Assembly (NCBI GenBank): GCA_963830915.1
Contig: CAWHOE010000006.1
Coordinates: forward strand, 268,197 to 332,196
Length of the DNA: 64,000 bases
DNA from: a candidate division FCPU426 bacterium
GTDB taxonomy: Bacteria; Oederibacteriota; Muellerivitia; Muellerivitales; Muellerivitaceae
Reading direction: 5' to 3'
The translations under genes and the position numbers were made by a program. Each line of letters starts with the position of its first letter. The stretch's first letter is position 1. This document shows positions 52,741 through 64,000 of the stretch, piece after piece. The notes below the pieces were generated by a model. That model saw nothing but the letters and a program-made list of their open reading frames with translations, was not told where the DNA came from and did not search any database.

Positions 52741-53433
52741 TCAAGGAATAAAGGGTGCTCCGCCTGTGCGGATAAGGTTCAAGGCCACTTTAGTCGCCAT
52801 GAATAGATAGTAGAAAAGCAGGCTCAATCCGCAGATCCAGGTGATCACCGTCAGGACCTTGCGATTGAATAGGTTACGGCTGTAATGGACCCCCAGCCCT
52901 AGGCAGGAGAACCAGATCAGTTCGCTGACCAGGATGGCCGAGAAAAAAGACGTCGCCGCCCCGCCAGTCAGGTCAATGTTTCCGGACAATTGCAGGGTCC
53001 CCACCATCCCGATCCAATAAATGAGAGTAAAGGGGTTGGTGGCGGCTATCAAGAAACCCAGGGCAAAGGGATTATCCAACCATTGGACTTGCTTGCGGAC
53101 CTCGAAATTTTCCTGCCCCTCGGCGTTATCCCGGATCTCGATCAGCAGGGTATAAGCCAGGTATAAGAGGAATATGCCACTGAATCCCCAAAGGATGATC
53201 TTCCCCGCGCCCGAGAGCCCCATCTTCAGAAGGCCGGCGAAGACCACATAAGCCCAGGTCGCGTCAACCAGGGCCGCTCCCGCTCCCACCAGGAAACTTT
53301 GCTGGAACCCGCCCAGAATGCCCCGCCTGACCGCAAGGAAATTCACCGGGCCGATCAAGGCCGCGGTGCAAAAACCGATGATCAGGCCCTGGGTGATGGC
53401 GGCGTAGATAAGTTTAAAGGTCTCGTTCCACAT
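52741..53433 (-). CDS. LysE/RhtB family transporter
   Basis: IGPVN...GAGAALVD, GFLIAATNPFTLIYW; six hydrophobic segments. Confidence 0.85.
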   Translation of the reverse strand: MWNETFKLIYAAITQGLIIGFCTAALIGPVNFLAVRRGILGGFQQSFLVGAGAALVDATWAYVVFAGLLKMGLSGAGKIILWGFSGIFLLYLAYTLLIEIRDNAEGQENFEVRKQVQWLDNPFALGFLIAATNPFTLIYWIGMVGTLQLSGNIDLTGGAATSFFSAILVSELIWFSCLGLGVHYSRNLFNRKVLTVITWICGLSLLFYYLFMATKVALNLIRTGGAPFIP

Positions 53434-53584
53434 GGGTTGGTATTCTACAGGAGAGAGACGAAAGTTAAAACCCAGGAGACCCTAAAATTCAGGGTCTTTT
53501 GTATTTCAACCGATTGTTCTATCCTATGGGCGGCCCGCGGGTATGGAGTGCTCGCTGGGCAAATCCGAATTGAAAAGGAACCCC

Positions 53585-54076
53585 ATGGCAAAAACAACCA
53601 AAGCTTTGGTGAACATCCTGATGGGCAGTAAATCCGATTGGGAGATCATGAAGAATACCTCGGAGACCCTGAAGCAATTCGGGATCCTCCATGAATGCCG
53701 GGTTCTTTCGGCCCATCGCACCCCGAAGGAAACCTCGGTTTATGTCTCGGGAGCTGAAACCCGTGGTGTTGAGGTGGTCATCGCCGCCGCCGGTGGGGCG
53801 GCCCACCTGGCTGGCGTTTGCGCCGCCCATACCACCCTTCCGGTCCTGGGCGTCCCGATGGAAAGCAAATTGAATGGATTGGATTCTGTCCTTTCTACCG
53901 TCCAAATGCCGGCTGGCATTCCGGTAGGTACCCTGGCTATCGGCAAAGCGGGAGCCATCAACGCGGCTTTGTTTGCGGTCGCCATCCTGGCCAATAAAAG
54001 ACCCGACCTGAAAGTCAAACTCCGTCGTTTTCGGGCCGAACAAGCCTCTAAGATTTTGAAAGAAAAATTGTCTTAA
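53585..54076 (+). CDS. purE: N5-carboxyaminoimidazole ribonucleotide mutase
   Basis: ILMGSKSD, SAHRTP, AGGAAHLAG, PVLGVP, QMPAGIPVGT. Confidence 0.96.
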   Translation: MAKTTKALVNILMGSKSDWEIMKNTSETLKQFGILHECRVLSAHRTPKETSVYVSGAETRGVEVVIAAAGGAAHLAGVCAAHTTLPVLGVPMESKLNGLDSVLSTVQMPAGIPVGTLAIGKAGAINAALFAVAILANKRPDLKVKLRRFRAEQASKILKEKLS

Positions 54077-54134
54077 ATAAGCCTGCCTTTCAAGGACTGG
54101 CGGCCATTAAAAACGATCATCCACAAAGGGGAGC

Positions 54135-56963
<2,829 letters not shown>

Positions 56964-57004
56964 GCGGTCATGGGATATTTTAGATCGTATCGTAAAGGGC
57001 TCTT

Positions 57005-57946
57005 ATGAAAGACATCCAAAAAGCGGCGTGGATCATCCAGGAAGGCGGATTGGTCGCCTTTCCTACCGAGACGGTTTATGGGCTAGGCGCGGACGCGCTG
57101 AACCCCATGGCGGTGGCCAAAATCTTCGAGGTCAAGAATCGGCCCCAATTCGACCCTCTCATCGTCCATGTCGCCGACCTAAGACAGGCCGAAATTTTGG
57201 TGACTTCCTTTCCCAAAGAAGCCTTGAAACTCGCCGAACTTTTCTGGCCTGGTCCCCTGACCCTGGTGCTTCCCAAATCATCCCAGGTCCCTGACCTGGT
57301 GACCTCCGCTCTTCCTACGGTAGCGTTGCGAGTCCCGGACCACCCTTTGGCCCAGGAACTTATTCGAGAAAGCGGTCGTCCCATCGCGGCTCCCAGTGCG
57401 AATCTGTTCGGCCAGGTTAGTCCCACGAACGCCGACCATGTCCGCCAAACTTTTGGGGATAAGGTCGAGATGATCTTGGATGGAGGTCCCTGTCGGGTCG
57501 GGGTCGAGTCGACCGTGGTCGCGTGGATGTCCTCCGGTCCAGTAATGCTTCGGCCGGGAGGTGTTTCCTTGGAAGAGATCGAATCGGTGATCGGAAAGGT
57601 CGATCTTCATATCGGAATGGAAGATAAACCCCTGGCCCCTGGCCAGTTGACCCAACACTATTCTCCTAAAACGCCCATTTCATTTTTCGACCAACGGACC
57701 CGCTTTCAATCGGGACTTAAGATCGGTTTCCTGGCTTTCCGCCAAAATAATACTTCCGTGCCGATCCAAGCCATTGAAGTTCTTTCGACCCAGGGCGATT
57801 TAAGGGTAGCGGCCGCCAATCTTTTCGCCGCCCTCCGCCGTTTGGATAACGAGGGATTGGACTTGATCCTCTGTGAAGCGGTCCCGGAGGAAGGTTTAGG
57901 TCGGGCCATCAATGACCGCCTCAGAAAAGCTTGCGGTCCCCGCTGA
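57005..57946 (+). CDS. sua5: L-threonylcarbamoyladenylate synthase (Sua5 type)
   Basis: VAFPTETVYGLGA, KNRP..DPLIVH, AAPSAN, GVESTV, APG....HYSP, GLGRAINDRL. Confidence 0.95.
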   Translation: MKDIQKAAWIIQEGGLVAFPTETVYGLGADALNPMAVAKIFEVKNRPQFDPLIVHVADLRQAEILVTSFPKEALKLAELFWPGPLTLVLPKSSQVPDLVTSALPTVALRVPDHPLAQELIRESGRPIAAPSANLFGQVSPTNADHVRQTFGDKVEMILDGGPCRVGVESTVVAWMSSGPVMLRPGGVSLEEIESVIGKVDLHIGMEDKPLAPGQLTQHYSPKTPISFFDQRTRFQSGLKIGFLAFRQNNTSVPIQAIEVLSTQGDLRVAAANLFAALRRLDNEGLDLILCEAVPEEGLGRAINDRLRKACGPR

Positions 57947-57996
57947 TCGGGCGTTCGGCTTAAATAAGATCATCGAATATCCATTCAGGAGGTGTT

Positions 57997-58968
57997 ATGC
58001 GTTACCGTTCCTTGGGCAGTACGAACATTCAAGTTTCCGAGATCAGCTTGGGTTGTTGGACCATGGGTGGGTTGAACTGGGTGAACGGCTCCCCCAACGG
58101 CTGGGCCAACGTGGATGAGGGTGAGATCAAGCGGGCGGTCGATCACGCTTTGGACCAGGGAGTCAATCATTTCGACAACGCCGACGTCTATGGCAACGGC
58201 CGGGCCGAACAGATGCTTGCCCGGGTCCTGGGAGACCGGACAAAAAAGGTCATCATCGCCACCAAGGTTGGATGGTTCCCCGGAACAGCCGCTCACTCCT
58301 ACGAACCCGCCCATATCCGTCATCAATGTGAACAGTCCTTGATCAACCTTAAAAGGGATGTTATCGACCTTTATTACTTTCATCATGGGGATTTCGGCCC
58401 CCAAGACCAATATTTAGATGATGCCGTGACGGTCATGCGTCAATTAAAAAACGAAGGCAAGATACGACTGATCGGCCAATCCGCTTACTCCAGTTCTGAT
58501 TTCGTGAAACTGGTCCCAAAAGTGAAGCCCGATGTGCTTCAAAGCTGGGCTCACATCATGGACGAACAATTCATCCAGGAAGGTTCGCCCATTCGGAAGC
58601 TGATGGAGGAGAAAAAAATATGCTTTGTGGCCTTTTCTCCCTTGAATCAGGGCGTTCTCCTGGGAAAATTCGATCCCAAGAATCCGCCCAAGTTTGAGGA
58701 GGGCGACCACCGCAAGGGCGACAAACGGTTCACCGCGGATTTTTTATTGGAAGTTCAGCCGAAGATCGAGAAACTGAAAGAGCGGTTCGGAGGGGATGTG
58801 ACGGACCTGGCCAGGGTGGCCTTGCAATATCTCTTGGCTAACCCGGTCGTAGCCTGCGTCATCCCCGGCTTCCGGAACTTGAACCAAGTGAGCATTAATC
58901 TGTCGGGCCAGGATAAACCGCTGGATCCAAAGGATGTTCAATACATCCGGAAGCTGTTCAAAAATTAA
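57997..58968 (+). CDS. Aldo/keto reductase
   Basis: VSEISLGCW, FDNADVYGNG, IATK, IDLYYFH, FSPLNQG, VIPG. Confidence 0.93.
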   Translation: MRYRSLGSTNIQVSEISLGCWTMGGLNWVNGSPNGWANVDEGEIKRAVDHALDQGVNHFDNADVYGNGRAEQMLARVLGDRTKKVIIATKVGWFPGTAAHSYEPAHIRHQCEQSLINLKRDVIDLYYFHHGDFGPQDQYLDDAVTVMRQLKNEGKIRLIGQSAYSSSDFVKLVPKVKPDVLQSWAHIMDEQFIQEGSPIRKLMEEKKICFVAFSPLNQGVLLGKFDPKNPPKFEEGDHRKGDKRFTADFLLEVQPKIEKLKERFGGDVTDLARVALQYLLANPVVACVIPGFRNLNQVSINLSGQDKPLDPKDVQYIRKLFKN

Positions 58969-59037
58969 GCCTTTTGTCCGCTGGACCCTGGGTATAATTC
59001 TTCCCATCAAACGTTTTGAACCGAAAGGAACATTAAT

Positions 59038-59591
59038 ATGAAAAAAACATTCCTTCTTGCCATCGGACTCTTGAGCCTCTTGATGGGTTTGGCCCCAATC
59101 GCAGCGGCCGATAATGACGATTCATCAACCACCGGTTCTTCCCCATCCCCCTGGTATTTGGGTACCGGATTGGGTGTCGATATCCCGGCGCAGGATTGGA
59201 ACCCGGATTTCCCAATTGGCGGAACAGCGAATTTATTCTCCGGATGTCACCTGTCCCCTACTTTTTCCCTCCAACTATCCGTCACCCCGACCTTCTTCAC
59301 CGGCAACGGTTTGTCGGTTGCCGACCTGCGGGTTTCCCCCGAACTGCGGTGGATGTCCTTTCCTGGAGGGGTGGATCCCTATTTCCTGTTGGGGCCGGGG
59401 TTTGATTTCCAATTCGCTAGCCCTTCCGGATACAGCACATCTTCCTTCGCGGCTTTAGGTGGGATCGGGTTCCAGTTTGACCTGCGTCCTGGCGAACACG
59501 CCTTCATTGAAAGCCGTTATTATTTCCTCATTTATAAAAATATCACCCAAGAAACGTTCCTATCCTGGTTGGCTTAAGCGAAGACCTGTAA
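59038..59591 (+). CDS. Small outer-membrane beta-barrel-like protein (C-terminus probably frameshifted near 59553)
   Basis: Signal peptide; alternating hydrophobic strands, DPYFLLGPG, GGIGFQF, FIESRY. The inverted copy near 61041-61090 differs by indels here and suggests a tail like VPILVGLSEDL with TAA at 59589-59591. Confidence 0.55.
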
Positions 59592-59685
59592 AAAAACTGT
59601 TCACGGTCAACTATCGGCAGCCGGAATAACGGGGACGTTTTTCTTGTCGTTGACTTTGGACCTTTCATCCTTTCAAGGAGAGACC

Positions 59686-60316
59686 ATGACGCCCGAGCGA
59701 GCCTATGGAGATTTGATACAACGCATGAAGGAGATCGCGGTCCTTGGCAACACCGCCGGGATCCTGGGATGGGACCAGGAAGTCTATATGCCTCCCGCCA
59801 ACGCGCCTTATCGGGCGGAACAGTTGTCCCTATTGGCCGGCATGTGCCACCACAAGTTCACCGATCCCCAGGTCGGCGAGTGGATCACCCAAGCCGAATC
59901 CTCGAAACTTTGACTTCCGATCCCCTATCCGATACCGCGGTCAATCTACGGGAATGGCGCCGTTCCTACGACCGCTCCACCAAGCTTCCCCAAAAACTGG
60001 TGGAGGAAATGACCTTGGTCACTTCCCAAGCCCAGGTCGAGTGGGTGAAGGCCCGGCAGGAGAACCGATTTTCCCGTTTTCAACCCTGGCTGGACAAGAT
60101 CATCCCTTTGTGCCAAGAACAGGCCAAATGCTACGGCTACCAGGACCATCCTTATGACGCCCTGTTAGAGGATTACGAACCAGGGCTGACCACCGCTCTT
60201 TTGAATAAATTATTCCCACCGTTAAAAGAGAACTTATCCTTATTGGTGTCCAAGATCACCTCCTCCAAACGTCAACCGAACCTGTCCATCCTGAAACGCA
60301 AGTGCCCTATTCCCGC
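59686..60316 (+). CDS. M32 carboxypeptidase, 5' part only (indel near 59908-59910; cut by the fold-back)
   Basis: LGWDQEVYMP, RAEQL, WVKARQENRF, PYDALLEDYEPG; ATG after AAGGAGA. Confidence 0.85.
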
Positions 60317-60319
60317 CCA

Positions 60320-62111
60320 GCGGGAATAGGGCGCTCCGTTCCGGGTTCGGTTGAGCGTTTGGAGGAGGTGATCTTGGACACCAATAAAATACCCCTCTTT
60401 TAACGGTGGGAATAATTTATTCAAAAGAGCGGTGGTGAGCCCTGGTTGGTGATCCTTATTAACAGGGCGTGGTGAGAATGGTCCATCCTTCGGCATAGCA
60501 TTCAGCCTGTCTTGGCACAAAGGGATGATCTTGTGGCCAGGTTTGAAAACGGGAAAATCGGTTCTCCTGCCGGGCCTTCACCCACTCGACCTGGGCTTGG
60601 GAAGTGACCAAGGTCATTTCCTGCCCACCAGTTTTTGGGGAAGCTTGGTGGACAGTTTATCGGACAGGCGCCATTCCCGTAGATTGACCGCCGTATCGGA
60701 TGGGGATCGGGAAATCGAGGCCTTTGGAGGATTCAGCTTGGGTGATAGAGCTCGCCGACCTGGGGATCGGTGAACTTGTGGTGGCACATGCCGGCCAATA
60801 GGGACACAACTTTGCCGCCCGATAAACCAGTCGGCGGGAGGCGTAGTAGACTTCCTCGTCCGTCCAAGTACCCGCGGGGGAGCAGAAGGACCGCGATCTC
60901 CCCTTCATGCGTTGTATCAAATCTCCATAGGCTCACTCGGGCGTCATGGTCTCTCCTTGAAAGGATGAAAATGTCCAAAGTCAACGACAAGAAAACGTCC
61001 CGTTATTCCGGCTGCCGAATAGTGACCATCAACAGTTTTTTTACAGGTGTTCGCTTCAGCCAACCAGGATCAGGAAACATCTTCTTGGGTGATATTTTTA
61101 TAAATGAGGAAATAATAACGGCTTTCAATCAAAGCATGTGCACCAGGACACAGGTCAAACTGGAACCCGAATGAACCTAAAGCCGCGAAGGAAGATGTGT
61201 TGTGTCCGGAAGAGGCTAGCAAAAACCAAAACAAAGCACCAACAGGAAATAGGGATTAGCCCCCTTCCAGGAAAGGGGTAGGACATCCACCGCATTTCGG
61301 GGGAAAACCGCAGGTCGGCAACCGACAAACCGTTGCCGGTGAAGAAGGTCGGGGTGACGGATAGTTGGCGGGAAAAAGTAGGGGACAGGTGACGTCCGGA
61401 GAATAAATTCGCTGTTTCACCAATTGGGAAATCCGGGTTCCAATCCTGCGCCGTGGATATCGACACCCAATCCGGTACCCGAATATTTGGGGGATAGCGA
61501 AAAGTTGGTGGTTGATGGATCCGTCATTATCCGCACCACAATTGGGGCCAAAAATTGATCATAGGCTCAAGAGTCCGAATGGCAAGAAGGGAGTGTTTTT
61601 TAGTATCATGTTTCCTTTCGGTTCAAAACGTTTGATGGGAAGAATTATACCCAGGGTCCAGCGGACAAAAGGCTTAATTTTTGAGACAGCTTCCGGATGT
61701 ATTGAACGTGTTTCAATTGCACAGTTTTATCCTGTAATTTTTGTTAGAGCAGATTAATGCTCACTTGGTTCAAGTTCCGGAAGCCGGGGATGACGCAGGC
61801 TACGACCGGGTTGGCCAAGAGATATTGCAAGGCCACCCTGGCCAGGTCCGTCACATCCCCTCCGAACCGCTTTTTCAGTTTCTCGATACTCGGGCTGAAC
61901 TTCCAATAAAAAATCCGCAAATGACTCGTTTTGTCACCCTTGCGGTGGTCACCCTCCTCAAACTTAGGCAGGAGTTCTTGGGATCAATTTTTCAGGAGGA
62001 ACGCCCTGATTCAAGGGAGAAAAGGCCACAAAGCATATTTTTTTTCTCCTCCATCAGCTTCCGAATGGGCGAACCTTCCTGGATGAATTGTTCGTCCATG
62101 ATGTGAGCCCA
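60320..62111 (-). repeat. Noisy inverted copy of 58546-60316 (probable fold-back chimera)
   Basis: Reverse-complement copies of the M32, OMP and aldo/keto reductase sequence with dense indels; apex GCCCTATTCCCGC-CCA-GCGGGAATAGGGC centred at 60317-60319. Confidence 0.92.
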
Positions 62112-62230
62112 TTCGGAACTTGATGGAGGAGAAAAAAATATGCTTTGTGGCCTTTTCTCCCTTGAATCAGGGCGTTCTCCTGGGAAAATTCAATCCCAAG
62201 AATCCGCCCAGTTTGAGGAGCGACGCCGCA
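62107..62230 (+). repeat. Second strand switch: forward copy of ~58587-58713
   Basis: GCCCATTCGGAA...GGAGAAAAAAATATGCTTTGTGGCC...TTTGAGGAG recurs in the original orientation. Confidence 0.85.
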
Positions 62231-62559
62231 ATTTTGCTGTTGCTAACCTCGACGGTTGGTCTTTGCTAAATAGAAACAACGATGAGTGCCTCATTCCTTC
62301 AGCCTCTGGCGAAGATACCAGCGATGATATTCTTTTGTGGACGCTGAATCGAGTGGAAAGCCATCCGATTTCCGATCAGGACGAGCCGGTTCCATGTTTA
62401 GCTGAGAGTCAGATGTCAGCGAGCGATATACTTGTTTGCCCCTGTCAAGACACCGAGAGGAGAGTTTATCGGTTACCAGGCATTTTACACGAGGAGTTAT
62501 CCTCCTCGCCATGTGTTTACCGTGGCGCTTTACGCCAGGGCGGCAGCGCACCACCGGGA

Positions 62560-63900
62560 GTGTAGTCGCGTATGGCGGTTACTATGAAACGCAATCCGGG
62601 CAGATGGTAACAGTCAACCCGCCGGGCGTTCTGCAATACGATACCGACTCCCTGGGATTGCCGCTCTCCGCGAAACCGTGGCTCCGACACCCAACGGTTC
62701 GTTGTATTTTGCCGGCGACGGCTCGTTCTTATTACGTCGGATGTCGGCTACACCGGCACGGACAGCTTCACCTACAAGAGGCTGAAGATGACAAAAGGGA
62801 ACATCTCCAACGTCGCCACCGTCTACATCGAAGTCGACCCCGCGCTGCTGGCGAATGATCTTCATACGGACCCCGCAGCCCAGAAACTGGTGGTGCCATG
62901 TCCCGGGTATTCTTGCCAATGCGGGGGCGCATTACCAGCGGCGAATCGCTCTTCGTGAGTCGTTACACCAGCAGTCCGATGGTCAGGTGTTTGTCGATCC
63001 GGACGGTTTCTTACTATGTCCCGTATTCATCGTTATCCGGGAACCGACAACTTCACCTACACCGTCTCGGATGGTTACAACGTCTCCACCCCGGCCACGG
63101 TGACCAGTACCGTCTACTCCCAACCGTATATCGAATTCAGCTACCTGTATGGCGTGACGCAAGGGTTTGGACTGATGGATATCGATGCCGAGGACGGCCT
63201 GATTTACGAAGTCGCCTGGGATAACGAGAACTTACCGCTCACTCCGATCGAGATAGCCCGCCCGCCAACGGCGTCTTGCAGGTCAACAGCGACGGCTCCT
63301 TCACCTACACGCCGAACCCCGGCTACTGGGGACCGGACGAATTCAGGTATGCCACGACGGACGGCTATAACACCTCGCTGATGGCACCGGTAGGTCTATA
63401 TGTCTACCCCATCCCGGTGGCCAGGGACGACAGTTATTCTGTATCAGGTGGCACTTCGCTGAATGTCGCCGTTGCCGCCAACGGCGTGCTCTGAACGATG
63501 CTATTCCGAACGGCTTTGAAGCTCGCCATTTTGGTTTCCGGCCCCGCCCACGGCACGCTGTACTTCGATTACGACGGCACCTTCAGCTATACGCCGGACT
63601 CCGGCTTCTACGGCACGGACAGCTTCACTTATGTCGCGGCGGATTCGTGTTGAAGCGATGGCGTCACCACCACCGCCAATGCGGATGATGCCGTCTCCGC
63701 GCCGGCCACGGTCGGCAGCATCTACGTCAATCCACCCGTCCCGTATGCCGGCTATGAAAGTTATGGTGTCACGCAGGGATATGCGTTGTATGTTGATGCG
63801 GCCAACGGTCTGATTCAGTCGGACGACGGCACATACGATCCTGCCGGCTTGCCGCTCACCCGCATGTCGATTCCGGTCCCGCCGACGGCACCTGCTGACG
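62560..63900 (+). other. Frameshifted fragments of a Big_9/tandem-95 (cadherin-like) repeat surface protein, probably foreign DNA
   Basis: VNSDGSFTYTPNPGYWGPDEFRY, GTDNFTYTVSDG and PVARDDSYSV...NGVL are spread across several frames. Confidence 0.7.
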
Positions 63901-63929
63901 ACGGCGGCGGCAAAGGCCAAACGGACGAC

Positions 63930-64000
<71 letters not shown>

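Noticed and set aside
60304..60332. Strong hairpin as a terminator or telomere-resolvase site
   Set aside because: It is the apex of a 1.8 kb fold-back inside a coding sequence; no U-tract and no protelomerase gene nearby.
60657..61466. Minus-strand ORFs resembling second copies of the M32 and OMP genes
   Set aside because: Error-ridden products of the inverted chimeric copy, not paralogs or pseudogenes.

Overview
Bacterial genomic window, about 55% GC by eye, with long-read-type indel errors and an artefactual right end. (1) 29-6700 (-): respiratory operon encoding a Rieske protein, a split cytochrome b (b6-like subunit plus subunit IV), a membrane-anchored octaheme cytochrome c and a cupredoxin-like lipoprotein, behind a near-consensus sigma70 promoter. 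(2) 6917-40261 (-): a ~33 kb polysaccharide-degradation cluster. Its core is six co-oriented giant secreted proteins (1150-1938 aa) with one architecture: signal peptide, variable glycan-active modules (clan GH-A barrel, GH18, CE4-like, beta-helix, DUF4434-like, GH5, GH74, two GH8, CBM/malectin), a ~230-350 aa alternating x-Thr stalk, an optional shared ~135 aa beta domain, and a conserved ~89 aa T9SS-like C-terminal domain with an unusual IFTxAFRKVQ signature. A PocR-AraC regulator is embedded in the array, and there are no SusC/SusD genes. This array is the best candidate for an undescribed system. (3) 40580-60316: SDRs, GNAT, a degenerate-cyclase/NB-ARC/TPR protein, tRNA-Arg(UCG), two paralogous GT-C-like membrane proteins plus GH44, a FecR-domain protein, LysE, purE, ppc, sua5, an aldo/keto reductase, an OMP-like protein and a truncated M32 carboxypeptidase. 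(4) 60317-64000: a noisy fold-back copy of 58546-60316, a probable nanopore adapter remnant, and probably foreign frameshifted Big_9-type adhesin sequence. All family calls come from motif recognition by eye, not database searches, and domain boundaries are approximate.
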